64,000 nucleotides of DNA. It comes from Camelus ferus. Taxonomy: Eukaryota. The translations under genes were made by a program, and so were the position numbers. The stretch lies in assembly GCF_009834535.1 (NCBI RefSeq), contig NC_045696.1, positions 33,048,001-33,112,000 of the forward strand, written 5' to 3'. Shown here one piece after another: positions 37,630-52,136 of the stretch (within the stretch, counting starts at the first letter, position 1; every line of letters starts with the position of its first letter). Under the pieces are notes generated by a model, which worked only from the letters and a program-made list of their open reading frames with translations, did no database searches and was not told the origin of the DNA.

Positions 37630-38660
37630 ATTCAGTGATAATGGCTAATGAACATTTAAAAATATTCACCCTCACTAATAATTAAAGAAATGAAAATTAA
37701 GATAATAAAATTTGATATTCACCTATAAAATTAGCACTTTTAACTGCAACAATGCAGTGCTAAAGGATGCCAAGAAGTCACTCACACATGTACATGTGCA
37801 CACACAAACAATAAACATACACACATACTTTCAGCTGAAAATAACTCAAGTGCTCAATAGTACAGGAATGAATTAAGAAAATTATTTCAGCAGCAATAAA
37901 CATGAAATAAACTTTAGGATGCTATTTACGATAGCATACTAAACCAAATAGAACCAAAGTGAATGAAAGATATTCAAGGCAATGAAACAAGATTGAAAGA
38001 AACTAAAGAGGACCTAAATAAATGGAGGAACATATGATGCTCATGGATTGAAATATATTGAGAGATAGAAAGAGATTAAAGGAATGGAGAAAACTTGGTA
38101 AAGATATTATCCTCAAATTGATTGATAGATCCACTAAAATCCCAGTGAAATCCCCACAGATTTGTGTGGGTGTGTATTTGTGTAGAAATTGACAAGCTGA
38201 TTCTAAAATTCATAGGGAAATGCAATTTCCAAAGCATTCTAAAAAAGCACAATGCACAGGACTTGCTCTGTCGTGTATCAAGACTTATTGTAAAGCTAGA
38301 ATGGGTGGTATTAGCGCAAGAATAGACTAATAAGTCAGTGGAAAAGAACAGAGCCCAGAAACAGACCCATGAATATATGTATTTAGGAGAAGGGAAAATA
38401 TATTCTTATAATAAAACACAATCATTGAAATGAAGAGTATTAATTAAATGAGGGAATGCTTATCACGTGTTTGTTGGAAAAAAGCAAGATTAAAAGGTTT
38501 ATCAATATGGTTTTAGCTATTTAAATTGCATGGTTATTGGGACAAAAATATCAATATCAGATACCATTTCTAGATCATAATAGGGGACTTTTTGTCTTCC
38601 TATACCTTCATGAATTTAGCAAATCACAGGTATAACTTTTTATAATTAGAAATAACTTTA
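37630..38660 (+). mobile_element. Old L1 (L1ME-like) fragments
   Basis: aaagaggacctaaataaatggagg...gctcatggattg; gaaattgacaagctgattctaaaattcat; gagcccagaaacagaccca. Confidence 0.7.
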
Positions 38661-40630
38661 ATATCAGAAAATGGAAGTACAAGGTGAGAGAAACTCTTTA
38701 GACAGTGAATAATTATATTAAACAAATTATTCATTTCAAGTTATTAAATTTAGATGTGATCATTCTCATTTTTTCTCTACAATCTTAGAGAGTGTGAGAA
38801 ATTGAAAGCAAATACTCAGGTATTTTAGAGGTGAATTTTGAATATACATGTCAATAATTGTGACTTTGAAGAAAGAAGCTTGGGAAGTACAACGGAAAGC
38901 AAACACTGAAATGCAAGTGACAGAGACTCAGTGACTCTATTTTCACTTTGAATATTTAACAGTGTCAAAATTCAACTTCTACAGCCTCCGAGTCCTGCAG
39001 GAGTCTTTGTTACGAGAGCATAGCTTTTGCAATTTTACAGAATGTTCCCTTAAAAACATTTCTTTTAAGTTAATTTATTCAATAATGTTTACTTTGTTGG
39101 AATTTATATAGTGCTATACTTTATTGAACAGGTCCTCTGAAAGGAAAATATTGAAGTGTTTTTTATTAGATGTAACCTTTAGTTTTCTTTAATGCCTACA
39201 GTTGAACGGAATTCAAGGCAGTATTCCTCTAAATCTGTCAGTTTTATTCATACATCTAAATGCTCTAACCTTGGAAATACGTAGTAAGCACAGGGACATT
39301 GGAAAGGAAATAAGAAAGACAATACTTGAAAATAAAGAAAAGGAAACACAATTTTGCATTTGCAGGTACTTATGTGAGTCCAAGTGTTCTTGAAGGAGAC
39401 ACTTCTCTCACTTACTCTGTCAACACTGCTGAGCGGGGCTGGCCCCAAGCCCTAGTACCACATATGGCGATGTATCCTAAGTTTGCAAAATCAGATTGTT
39501 CTACCACCTTCCTCTGATCAAATAAATTGTGTAGGTCCAGGAATGGAATATTTGGACAAGTAGAGCTACTCTCAGTTGTGTTCTTTTTTCATGAATTTAT
39601 ATGGCACAAGAGAAGAAAAGCTATTTTGTCTTCATACTAAGTCTAGGGCTCCTGATGTTATCTGTGCACCATGTGAGGAATCTCCTTAAGAGTGGACCGC
39701 ACAGAGGACACTATAAATGAAAAAGAGAGAGAGAGAGAATCCTGATGACATAGCTAGAAACCTGTGTCTGGACATTTCTGAATTCTCAGTGGCATGTACC
39801 ACTATATTGACATGAAATGGTTTAAACTGGTCACTTGAAACAAAAAATAGTCCCATATTCAGATCTGTACATTACAGTTGCCGTGTTTCTCAGCCAAATG
39901 TTACCAGGTCACAAGAAGAAAAAGATCTCACCTAGTCTACATCAGAGCTTCTTCCCAGTATTGAAGCCAGCAGATAAAACAGGTTGGAAAATGTGGATTC
40001 ACAGAAATTCCTTATATATGCAAGATGGGAAAGTCAATGGGCAAAATGTATGAGGTACCAAAGTTCATGAGCAGTTAGTCTCATCACAGTGCCTTCTGTT
40101 TACAACCCAAGTCTGAACATGGATCTGTTGTTCACTGCCAACGTCCCTCTCAGGCTACCCCTTAAGGTGGAGTTAGCTAAAACCAGACTACCCCACCTCT
40201 TAATACTATTTACTTCATTTGCTTGTGGCTTTTTGTATTATAATCCTGGTAATACTAGGTAAGGTCTTCATAACCAGGGCAACCCAGAGCAGGGCTTACT
40301 TACACAGTGTTCTTGACAGCTCTCATTCGTGTGTGAAATTCTTCTTTCTTAGCTGGTTATGAAAGCACCTCCTCCTTGTTATTCTGATTGGGACAATTCC
40401 GTTTAGCAGCAAAGGACTCATGACAGCTTATTTCTCTTAGCCTTAGGTCTTTACTTATATATAGCATAGCCATTAAGAGCATGGATGATGGGGCCAAATT
40501 GTGAGGTTAGAAGATTGGCCCCACCAATTACTAGCTGTGTGATCTTGGGGGAAATTACTAAATTATTTTGTACCTCATTTTTTTTCTCATTTCTAAGAAG
40601 TGGAGAGGAAGAGGACCTTAATCATGCTGA

Positions 40631-41380
40631 TTTTTTTTTAATGAACTTAATTTTTTTAGGACAGTTTTAGATTTATAGAAAAATTGAGAACGTAGTACAG
40701 GAGTTCCCATATACTCCATACTTGGTTTCTCCTGTTACTAACCTCTTTTGGTGCATTTGTTAAAATGAATGACCCAATATTGTTATGTTATTCTTAACTA
40801 AAGTCCATACTTTATTTAGATTTCCTTAGTAGGTACCTTATATCTTTTCCAGTTCCAGGATCTCATCCAGGTTACACATTACATTTTAGCTATCATGTCT
40901 CCTTAGACTCTTGACTGTCAGTTTTCTTCTTCATTTTGATGGAGCAAATACTCCATTAATTTTCTTAGGGTGAATGGGATGCAAGTTCTACAGACATTAC
41001 ATCTCTGAAATTGCTTCTATTTTACCTTCCTATTTTATTAACAGTTTGGTCGGGTGTAGAGTTTAAAAGAGTTTAAAAGTTACTTTCTTTGTCAGAATTT
41101 TGAAGGCATATGTCCCATGTGGTTATTTGGATTGCATTGAATCTATAGATCAATTTTGGGGAAATGGACTTGTTAACAACCTTGAATCTTCCAATCCATC
41201 AACATGGTGTATCTCGCATGGATTTCTATCCTCTTTTCTCAGAGCAGTTTAGAGGCCACGTACCTTTTATTAAATTTTATCCTAATTATTTTAGTTTGAG
41301 ATGCTATTGTGAATAGTATTTTTATTAATTTTATTTTCCTAATTTTGTTGCTAGTATTAGATAAATCATACTGACTTTGA
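40631..41380 (-). mobile_element. L1MC/MD 3' end plus other L1 pieces inserted next to a MIR (~40470-40625)
   Basis: cagttttagatttatagaaaaattgag...aactaaagtccatactttatttagatttccttag...ttccaggatctcatccagg. Confidence 0.7.
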
Positions 41381-43048
41381 GGAGGTTAATTAAATTATAC
41401 TTTTATTATTTGTTTAAACTATACTTTTATTATTGTTGTAATAATATTTACTAGTATTGTTATTACCATCTTCATTATTATTACTACATCTTTGGTAGTA
41501 TACATACATTTTACCTCAGAGTTCTTAATATTCTTAATGTAATGCAATAGAATATGTTCTTCAGTTTGAAATTACATGAAGGGCAAGAGAGAGAAAAAAA
41601 TATCTTTAAAACTTCAGTTTATATTAGAGAAACTGTAGCATGTTTTACACTCTAAGGTGAGAGAATTTTCAAATTGGTGAAGAGAATTTTTAATCACATT
41701 GAAAGGATTGTAATTACCCAATTAAAACTAACTCTGCAGCACATTGGTTGGGAAGCTCTTCTTTAAATAAAATTATATTTGATAAGGAGTGGCCTTTATG
41801 TGTGTTTTTGCTGATGAGGAAAACTTGTGATGCCTTATAAATCAAAGATGACAAGGTTTTTTGATCAATTGTATGATAATATAATAATGGATAATTCTTC
41901 ATATGTGAAGATTAACTCTATGAAAACCAAGGCTAACTTCTTAAATAATAACTTAAAATAGTTACATTTGATAAGTCACAAAGTTAGGAATATGATGATC
42001 ATATGAATAAATATAGCCAATTGTTGGATTATATTAGTTTCTAGGAATGTCCATTCCTACTTTGCATTCTGGAAGTGGGAAAACAAAGACAGATCTGGAC
42101 CAAAACTCCGTTTATCACCTGACATTCAAGCCGCATTGTGTTCTGAGTGCCCAGAGATTATCATCACTTCAGACTCAGTATCCAGTAACCCTATTTATTT
42201 TCTCTAATTCAGTTACATGGTAAACGATTTCAGGTCTCTTAAGGAAAGTGTCTGGAAATACATACTTGTAGAACTGTTAGAGTTTTCTCAAGGTCACACA
42301 GTCCCTTTTAAGAAGAGACTCCAGCTGTATAGATTGACTCAGGTCTGGGCATTGGGTGCAAAGCCATGATTACTTATTGTGGTGATTTATGTTAGGCTTT
42401 TATTTATCAGATCTATGATCTTTGTTTTGTTTTGTTTTTGTTTTACTTCTAAATGTAAAGTTGGTCTTTGAGTCTATTGCCTATCTATTACAGTTTTAGG
42501 GCTATCAAAATTAATAAAGCTACTACAGAAAATGTCTGATCGTCACATCATTATGATCACAGTTCAGTCCCTGCTGCCTTACAGGAACCATATGCATCAT
42601 CTCAAGACTCTACTGAAATGAGGGAACCCTTTTAAAGTATGGGTTGCCCCCTGTGATTCCTGCCTGCAGAGTATGTCATTGCAAGGATGAGAAGTTCTAC
42701 AGTGGATGTAATCCATTTATTTCTCAATAACTTGGTGAAGGAGTGATTAAAAACTTAAAACTGTTTATTTAACAATCTTTCAAACATTTACATCACTTGA
42801 AATTATATTTGAACACTATTCATAAATCTCTTTCTGTTAACATACCAAACTCAGTCATTATCCTCTTGGCTCCTAGGAATTTCTGTATGGCATCAGAGGC
42901 CGCAGAGTCCTCTGCAAGTCAATACAGTGTATGTACACCCTTCGCTTTTACGTTTCCATTGAGTTTTTGCAATTATTCAAATTGCCCCTATGGGACATAA
43001 AATGTTTATTAACAGTGAAGTTCTTAGATTTGTGTGTGGTATAAAATA

Positions 43049-43315
43049 CAGGTTCATAACCCCATTTTTATAATTCTAAGAGCAAAAACAAATGATCCTT
43101 TTTTTTTTCTTTTTTTATGTTTGGCAGCAGCCACATTTGGTGGCTAAACTTGACCTAAACTAATATTAGCACTGATAGTCTTATTTAGCCCACTTGGTGT
43201 GAATGTTGAGAAACAAGACATTAAATTACAGAGTGTGGATGGAGATGTTACATAATATATGATATACGCAAAATCCATTGACTCCAAGAGTTTCAGATAA
43301 AGGATTATGGGCCTT
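43049..43315. mobile_element. TcMar-Tigger MITE (MamRep434-like)
   Basis: TA-flanked imperfect TIRs caggttcataacccc... / ...gataaaggattatgggcctt. Internal catttggtggctaaacttgacctaaact...cccacttggtgtgaat. Confidence 0.65.
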
Positions 43316-46300
43316 TATTATGTTTCTCTCTTTCTTGATTTACTTTGATCATTATTTCCCTCTTTTTCATCTAGCCCACAAGGTCATATACTCATTATTA
43401 TCTGCTATGAATTCTTACGATTCATAAGATGATGTTGATCTTATTACTTTTATTGAGTGACTGATTTTTTTATTCTTAATGAGGCAGAATAATAAATTCC
43501 TTTTAAAAATGACTCAACTATATTTCTTTTTGAAAACAATGAATATAATTAATTTGGTGAAATTAAATATCTGTCCTTTCAGAATTTTAATGTTTAAATT
43601 TAAATTTAAAATATAATTTCAATAGTTTGTGTTGTTTAATCTCATACTTTTTTTTTTTAATTTGTATATGATTTGCTTTAAATCATTTGTAAGAGGACAG
43701 ATCATCTCTTTTTCTGTTGTATGTGATTTTTTTTGGAGGTCAATGCTTTGAACTCATAAGCTGTATTGTTTTTAAATAATTTTACATTTTACAGATGTCT
43801 ATTTTCCTACCGAAATGGTCGACAAATATGGCATTAAAAATAATAAGTCAATAATGAGACAATACAGTGAGGACAATTTTATGTATTTTTATAGAACTCA
43901 GTAATTATTTTCTCTAGATTCAAAGTCTTATTTTCATTGGAAATTATATTATTTTTTTACACTGGAGCCAAGCCAACTATGCCAGCATCTTAATAAAAAT
44001 TCTCAATAGTTAGTCCCCATATCTTGTTTCTGAGGCATTTGATTCCCCCTACTAGGTCACAGTTCACAGGCCTTAAATGGAAAAAGAATGGAAAGAAATA
44101 TATCCCCTCTTCTTTGAAAACGCCATCCTTTCTGATTCTTGGGTCTTCCTCAAGACTTTATATTTTGCCCTGAACAACTGCAGTCAGCAGTGTCCCTGCT
44201 GTGGTCATTTCCAGGCTCTGGGATTGTCAGTTCCTCCTGTGGACGGTGCTGGTAATGAGTGTGAATGTCAGCTGGTGCTCTCTGTGTCACCTCCACGCAT
44301 GTCCCTGAGACACTGAAATACACTCTGTCCTTCGCTGTGTCTCCTCACTCTGCTTCTGCTCCTGCCTGCTGTGATGATGGGGAGCCCCTCCTCCTTCGTG
44401 TTACACTTCTCACTCACCTGGGAAATTCTCCTCACACTTGACAAACGCTCATAGAGGCTGCCTGATGTTATCTCTTACATCTCACAGACAAGAAAATGGC
44501 CGAATTGATCCCATAGTGCGACACCTTGAAGTGAAACCTGAGGGAAGTCAGTCTTTGCTCCTCTCTGTCCCATGGCTTCTGCTAGCATAAGGAGTGTGGA
44601 CCTTGAGTCTCAGATCTTCGCACTTTCTTCTCTCTTGGGGGAGCTGGGAGTGAACTGGAAAAAGTAGCTCAGTCTTCTGTATATGTGTGTACTTTGGCAA
44701 CTCCTGCTGGCCCCCACCATCCAATACGTAGTGAATGATGAGGTGATGGACTTCCAGCCCATTCTCATGTTATCTTCCCCACCCCCAAACTTTTCTAATT
44801 AATGTATCTCTCCAAACCCTGCAAATCACTCATTTTTTCCTTGGAGGGGGAATTCCACTTGGTCCAGGGTCTTCAAGTGCATGTTAAAGAGCCTCTTTTG
44901 CTGTGCCCTTCACAGGCCTGTCACCCTGTGCTTTGTTGCAAAGCAGCCATTTTTTTTTCCTAGACACAGCAGTGCTTTAAGGTTTTACAAGACCATTTTG
45001 CTGGCTTCCAATCTCTGACTTAATAACTACTCTCTATGTATGTGTGTGTTCTGTTAGAAACCTACATCAAATAAAAACTTTACTGTTTCAAAAGCTTTAC
45101 TCAAACCAACCTACTTCCTGACTATGATTGTTCTTCATCTTTAAGCATCTGTTACCAACCAAGTCAAGCATGCAGAGAGGCATTGAACACACAGCATGGT
45201 GAGTGTTCATCTGGGTACTCATATGAAAGCTGGACTGCATGGAGTCGAGTGGAGAATGGCCACAGCTCTTGGTGTCCAGCATTCATGAGCATGAGCTGAT
45301 GTGCCTCCGCTGAACTCAATTACATAAGTCTGCAACATTTCACAGTAGCAGAGAGGTGTTAAATATCTTTAATTCCAAGTGGAATGGAGCTATCCTTATA
45401 AAGTGGATGCTGAGCAGGGAGCAATTGGTTTGTTACCTAAATTTCAGAGTCGGGGGCCTCCCTATAAAATACAGTCTATTGACAACACCTAAATACAACC
45501 AGGAAACACGTGAGGTTCGAACACAGGGAATACATTAAGATATTTACATCCCAGATTTCTTCATTTTAAAAGATCTTTGATAGAAAAGAGTTGGAGGTAA
45601 ACGTACTAGACTCTGAACAGGAGAGAGTCCATTAGCACGTTCAAAGGGACATCCGCCCTGATGCAGAGAAGAAAACACAGAATTAAATTTTCTCACTAGG
45701 ATTTTCTGAAGTGTCACCACTCAGTGAGAATACAGCCACAAAGGGAAAATTTACATTTATGTTTTCTCACTAATTCAAGAAGCAAAGACGAGGCAAAAAA
45801 AGAAAAGGATTGTTCCATTTTCTAGTCTCAGTTGACTTTGCTGCTTCTCTGAGAACAGGGTGGGGAAGGCAAGAGGATGTATAATACATCGAATTCTGCT
45901 CTGACAGCTGGGAGACAATACTGCTATGCTAAGAGTTCTGGGGGCAGAATCCCATAATTCAGTGGTTTCATTCTGACGCGTGTTCCACTTCTTTTCCCAC
46001 TGAGCTCATTTACAGTCCCAAGCAGTTTCTCCCTGTCACTTCCCATTTGTGTCGCCGATGTCCGTGTTTTTTCTTTCCTTTAGAGATCATCCCTGTCACA
46101 ACCCATCTTCCTTCTGTCTTGTTGTCGTCTCTCCTTGAGCCTTTCCAGCCCCTTTCTTCTGTCTCCCTCACTTGCCATCACCTAAAGGTTAATGAGGCAG
46201 ACCTTCTCCTGGGTGAAAATGCTCTGCGTGGACTTTCTGAAGCTTGGGAACCATGACCGTCCTTTTCCTGCGTTTTACAGCATACCTCAGTTTCAGGAGG

Positions 46301-47134
46301 TGGGAGCTGTGTAGGTTTTTCCTTAGTGATAAAGTTAGCCTTTGAAAAATCTAAAATATTCAGAGAGCTTTTGTGACTCCCTCCTCTTACTTCTTTTTGC
46401 TGCTTTTCTGTAATGGAATTAGTGCTTGTGTATGCAGCAGAGTTGAGAGGTTGGAAGGATGACCAGAGGCTGGAGATGCTCTGTATCATAGTCACTTAAC
46501 ATGGGTTAAGACATGTTTTAAGAAATAGCCAGTATCATAGATTTTAGCCAACTGTGCACTTCAGTTTGAAATCCGATTTTCCCAAATCCTGACTTGTTCT
46601 CTATCTGCCAGGCTTTTAATGAAACCATTAAACTTGTCCTCTCATGACTGTGGACATAGGATAACAGTTGTTGTCATATACACAATCTCTAGAAGCTTGT
46701 TAAGACTTAGAAAGTAATTTTATTCAAGATCGTTTGCCCCAAATCCAAACTGATCAATTATATTTATGATTGAGTTAGTACATGTATACTTATTTCAAAA
46801 AATAGACATTATAGGTAATTATAAAGAAGAAAGTAAAACTTTTAAAAATTTCCATGATGGGTGTTGTTTCTAGACATATATTTCATCACTAAGTAATGAA
46901 GTGTGTGAATGTGGTATATACACATAAGTAAATAGCATCACAAATGTAATTTAAAAATGTGTCAACATTTTTTAGAGTGCTATATAGAAGTTTATGTACT
47001 ATTATTTCTTCTGTCATTAGTATTAGCATTCCTTGAGTGGTTGTGCTTATATCCAACGTAACATTCAAATCTGAGCTATATATATTATTATTTCATTTAT
47101 ACAAGTAGCCAGATATTTTATTTTAAGAGCTTCT

Positions 47135-47390
47135 GTATGTGTAGATTAAGAGGGTGGGTCTCAGAGCTAGATTTTCTGGGTTCAAATCCTAGCTCCCCCA
47201 CTTATTAGCTGTGTTACCTTTGTCAAGTTGCTCAGTTTCTTTGTGCCTCAGTTTTCTTAGCACCTTAAAATCATGAGGGTAAAAATCATAACTACAACTT
47301 AGCGTTGTTATGAAATTTAAATGTGTTAATATATATTAAAACATTAAGCCTAGTATTTAGCAGAGAGTGGTACATGTTAATTACCACATT
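47135..47390 (+). mobile_element. MIR SINE
   Basis: Core ctgggttcaaatcctagctccccacttattagctgtgttacctttgtcaagttgctcagtttcttgtgcctcagttttc. Confidence 0.85.
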
Positions 47391-48619
47391 TATGATTAGA
47401 GCTTCTCATAGTCAGCCTAGTTAGTATCTCTCACGGTCTCATTTATTTCTTTTAGCTCCTGCATAAAGCTGCATATTTTCTTTTGTTTGATATTTAAAGA
47501 CAAAAGTTACTATTGTTATTTATTATGAATTCAGTGTTAGATATTGAAAGTAATATTAAATTTCTGTCTTAGTCTTTTAATGTAGGACATTTAAATCTTA
47601 CATAATCCTCCCACATATATAGCTTTCTGCCAGCCCCTCACTATCTTCTGATGGTAAAATTTCTAAGATGTTATGCTACAATAATTGTAGTTAGAGTAAT
47701 TAACAAATAGTGATTATGTATTTACCTGCAAAGTAGAGAATCAGGGTGGAATGTTGGGGCACATCCTTAGTTCAGGCATCACCCCTAAAGGTGTTTGTGA
47801 ACAAATTCTATGATATGATTTTTTTTTTAAGTAGATGAAACTTATTTTGGAAGTCTGGGTTAAGGAATGCCATTGGGGCTTCAGAAAAGTTCTGTAATAC
47901 AAAAAGGCTAAGAGGAAAGGAATTTCATTTTCCTATAATAGCTTTTGTTTTTTCGGATCTCTACCCTTGCCTTTTCAAATCTCTTTAAAATAAGCTTGAG
48001 GAAAAAAAAAAGTTAGCGCCAAATGGAAATCAGCTCTTTAATTCTACCTTTTTATAATTCTGAAGCTACAGCTGACCCTCCTCAATATGGCCTTCCTTTT
48101 TAACATTAATTACCTTGTTATCTGAGAGATGCAGCAGCTCTCCCCTGTCTGCTTAGGAAGAGTGCCAGCAGGGCAACGGTTGGAAGTGAATTACCATGAT
48201 TGTTCGGGGCTTTAGAAAGCCCTCTCTGCTGTCTATTCTTCCTAGACTCCTGGTAGAGTCACTTGGGGGTGTTGTCTAATTCGGTGTTCCTGTGTCCACT
48301 GTCCAGCAAATGTATGTTTATACTGTATGTATATAACCAATTATACTGTGGCTAGGGGCAATGTCTCTTCTGGATTCTTCACATGCCTATGATTAGAAAA
48401 CCTGCTGTCGGACTCCTGGGCATGCCCTCACTCAGGAGGTGGGGAGAAAGCTGATTCCATTTGCCGACAGGTTTTGCTCATTCAGATGGTTGGTTCTGAC
48501 CACGAGGGTAGGCAGGCAGCTTGCTTCGCGTTCCCCAACACTATCGTTTTTCTTGCGCTCAGAGAAGAGTAGGGCTTATTAGCAAAAATGTTAAGATTCA
48601 GAACCATAAGAAGGATATT

Positions 48620-48782
48620 GGAGTCAACACACCCAGTCTATTTACTTAGCTTGATTATTTTGACTGCATCCATTTGTCACTTCAGCTTAAAGCCAGTTTG
48701 GCCAATTTGATTCAATTGACTGGCTCTTTCACTGAAGTGACCAGTCAATGCTAACAAATTGGTTGTGTTTGTAGAAACTCAT
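48620..48782. repeat. Imperfect ~160-nt inverted repeat, probably an ancient MITE-like element
   Basis: Nested complementary arms TTGACTG/CAGTCAA, GTCACTTCAG/CTGAAGTGAC, AGCCAGT/ACTGGCT and CAATT/AATTG. Confidence 0.7.
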
Positions 48783-49584
48783 TAGGTTTTTATCTCTTGC
48801 ATTGTGTCTGCCATAGATACGGAATCAAGAATTTGACACAGACTTTGCTTTTAGCTCTTATGGCAAGGCGGGTGGAGAAAGGATCATGGCTGGAATTTTA
48901 TAGATTTGAGATGGGCAAAATAACCATTATTGATTTAGGCTACAAGCTAGCCCCCAGGTATTAATTATTATCAAGTCAATAATGTTTGAGATTACATTGT
49001 GCTTTCTTGAAAGGTTTTCCTTTTTTTTTTTTTTTTAAATAAGCACTTAGTGTTATGCTCCTTGCTCTGAGCACCTGGGTAGTCAATCAATGTGTGACTG
49101 GGAGGAAAGTAATGTCTACCCAAGTGTCATGCAGACTGTTTCTTGGAAGAGAAGAAACCACTTTTTTGCCAAGAGGAGCAGTGCTGACCATCAACATGAT
49201 TCTGGTATTTGAGTTTCATTTATTTCAAACTTCTTGTTTGCCATCCCAAGGGCCACATATCTTAAAGGCTTCAGCATGTCAGCTGGGTAATTGCTGTAAT
49301 AATAATCTGGTATAAAAGTCAGTAGCTTTTTACTATCCAGCAAAATAATTTTCTGGCATTTTTGTGTTGTGTCCAGGCAACAGTTTTAGCTACCAGCTAC
49401 ATTAATCATGGGGAATAATTTATAAGAATAAATTAGAGGATGAATCTTAATACCCTCTTTGTGTGCAATTTCATTTTCATTTTAAGTAAACTATACTTGT
49501 CTCGGTGCTTGTTGCTGGGTAGTATAAGGCGTGCTCTGAGCCCAGGGAATGTGGTCAGCGCCTCTGGAAGAATCCATGGTGCTT

Positions 49585-49930
49585 GTATTAGGAATCTTGG
49601 ACTGCAAACAAGGGAAACTGAAGCTAACTAAGCAAAGGGAGATTTCACACGGTGATTTATGGAGCTCACAGGGATAACTGGATGCTGAGAAAGCAGCGCA
49701 GGAGCCAGGGAAGAACCTGGATTCCAGGTAGCAAGGCACAATGGGTAGTTTCTCTAGGTCACCATTGTGGGAGTGAGTCTGGGACCAGCATCTCCAGTTT
49801 TTTTCCAGTCTTGATTGGCCATATCAGCAGAATGTATCCAGTAGGGAAAAGGTCTTTCCCAGCAGAATATTGGAATGGTTACAAAAAGTACAGGAAATGG
49901 ATCTTGGATAACAAACATAATAAATGTCCT
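49585..49930 (-). mobile_element. Old MaLR LTR remnant (MLT1K/L-like)
   Basis: tgtattaggaatcttggactgcaaacaagggaaactgaagctaactaagcaaaggga...cttgattggcc...aggaaatggatcttgga. Confidence 0.5.
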
Positions 49931-51994
49931 CCCTGTAGGGACATGGGCTAGTCATTTGAAATAAGAATGGAAAGTTTTTGGTGTCATCAGTCTCCAAATG
50001 GAGATTGAGATCTCTGGCATTCTGTCACAGAAAAAACTTTTATTTCTCACAGAAACAAAACAAAACAAGATGAATTGTTCTTTGGTGGGCCATGGTAACT
50101 TTGCTCTCTTCTTTAACAATGAGTTGAGTATTTAAACCAAGAAAAAAAAATATAAATGTAGGAGGAGAGGGATTTTTGTTTGTTTTGCTTATTATCCTAT
50201 TCACTAAATTTAGTGCAGTGCCTGGAACATGTAACCAATTTTTCAGTATCACCTGCAATAAGCAACCCTTTTAAGAATCTCGCTTACTTATTCTTTGATA
50301 TGCCTGACTCCTGAAGAAATTAAAAAGAAACTGCCTTTGTATATACAAAATGGAAGTTTTACTTGGATTTTACCATGGCCAACAATCTTAGTTTCACGAG
50401 AGTAATCCCAATTCTCAGAACGTGCTTTCTTGGAAGTTCAGACTCTACTGAATTGGGGCTGTAAGGTGAGAGCAGGATTATTCTGCCAGCCATCTTGAGG
50501 AGCCTAGGACTATTCAGATGATTGAGTATGTTCATGTTTAGAGAAGCATGCATGGAATATGTGATATTGCCTAATATCAAATGCCTGTGTTACTACATTT
50601 GATAACATCTATCTCTTAAGGTCCTGAACATTCCATCTCATTGAGAAAAAGAGTCAAAGTAGATTCCAGCCCACAGAAGGAACATATGATTAACTGGTAA
50701 CTCTCAGACATCCTTCATAGGTTGCCAAAAAATATGGGTGAATTCCCAATCTTGTATTAACATATATTGACAAGAGGGTGCCGTGAGCATAAAATTTCAT
50801 TGATGTTGGGCAAGGCTGTGGGGGTATGTGTAGGAGACTAATGAGAGATAAAAATGCATCCAGGGATTGCCTTCGGCTGTCAGATGGATGGTGGAGTTAC
50901 TGACTACGTGAGGGACTCCATACGGAAGAGCAGGATTAAGGAAGAAGCTGATGACCACTCAGGGTGACTGAACATTCCTTACCTTTTAGTAACGGTTTAA
51001 AATACCTTGTGCTTGTGTACTGATGCTTTAAGTCTTAAACACTTGTTTCTGCTGGGATTTGTCCTATTTCCTCTTCAGGGTGAGGTGCTGGTAGCGATGC
51101 AGTTCTCACTGAAGCCCCTGTGCTCCCCTGGCGCTGCAGTCTGCCTGCGTCACACCAGGAGATCACAGTGTCCTAGTTTAGAATTCACTGGTTGCATAAT
51201 ACATTTTGGCAGTTCTACATCATAATTTTTTTTATTCAGGTATGGCAGTAGCTCACAAATAAATTCTTGGCATGGGCTGGAAAAGTCTTTTTAATATTCA
51301 AGCCATCCTAATTAGAAAAATACAGAATTGAGGAGAAATACTCTTAACTAGAATCAGAAGCTTCCTTTTCAGATTATGTTCTACATTCAATTTGGTTGTA
51401 AAGACAAGCCCCCTTTTTTTTTTTTTTCTTCTCAGTAGAAATACATTTTTGCTCTAGTTTTTCTTTCTTTTTTCCAAATCTATTGTTGACACCTATAGGG
51501 CATACCTTGTTTCAAAGGACATCAGAGAGAGTTTATTCATTCTTTACTGTGTTCACTAAAAAGAAAAGTTCATTCACAATGAAATCTCAGTGACCTGTTT
51601 GTGTGTGGGTGTGTGTTTCAGGAAGGCCTTCTCTAAAATCACCGCAAATAGGTATTATTCTAATATATTGAGTAGTCATTCTCTTGGCTGTCTGTTGAAC
51701 TAAGAACTTATCTATCTGCTAGTGCTTATTGTTCCTACCTACCCAATACTGAACTTGATACAGTAGAAGAATCAACAAAGACTCCAGACTTAAGTCTGGC
51801 CTTTGAATGGTTCAGAACTCTGTTTGCTAGCTCCTTCAGCCCAATGCCTTCCACTGACAGAAAGTTTTCCTGGTGGTGGCATGGTGCCAAGGTTTGGGTT
51901 TTCTCACCTCTATCCTGAGTAATTTTTATCACAGACAAAATTCACTAGTGAAAACTAAGGGAATATTGGATGAGTCCTTTTAGATTCTTAAAGG

Positions 51995-52136
51995 TAGAGT
52001 GACCACATGATTTCTCTCAGAAACCAGAACTCTTCGAGTAAAGGCAGACAATATTAAAAACTTAAACAAACAAAACAAAACAAAACTAGTTGTAAGCCAG
52101 GATTATCCTAGGCAAACTAGGATGTATGTGGACCTG
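51995..52136. mobile_element. hAT-Blackjack MITE (MER94-like)
   Basis: tagagtgaccacatgattt...ccaggattatcctaggcaaactaggatgtatgtggacct matches the recalled TAGGGTGACC-type termini. Confidence 0.6.

Noticed and set aside
41388..41440. Short tandem duplications (also ~3472-3501 and ~41078-41099)
   Set aside because: Ordinary slippage in AT-rich sequence, with no spacer/repeat array structure.
51079..51239. Plus-strand exon candidate and CTCF-like GCGCCAGGGGAGCAC (minus strand)
   Set aside because: The longest frame stops before the donor, and the motif is one G short of the CTCF core spacing.
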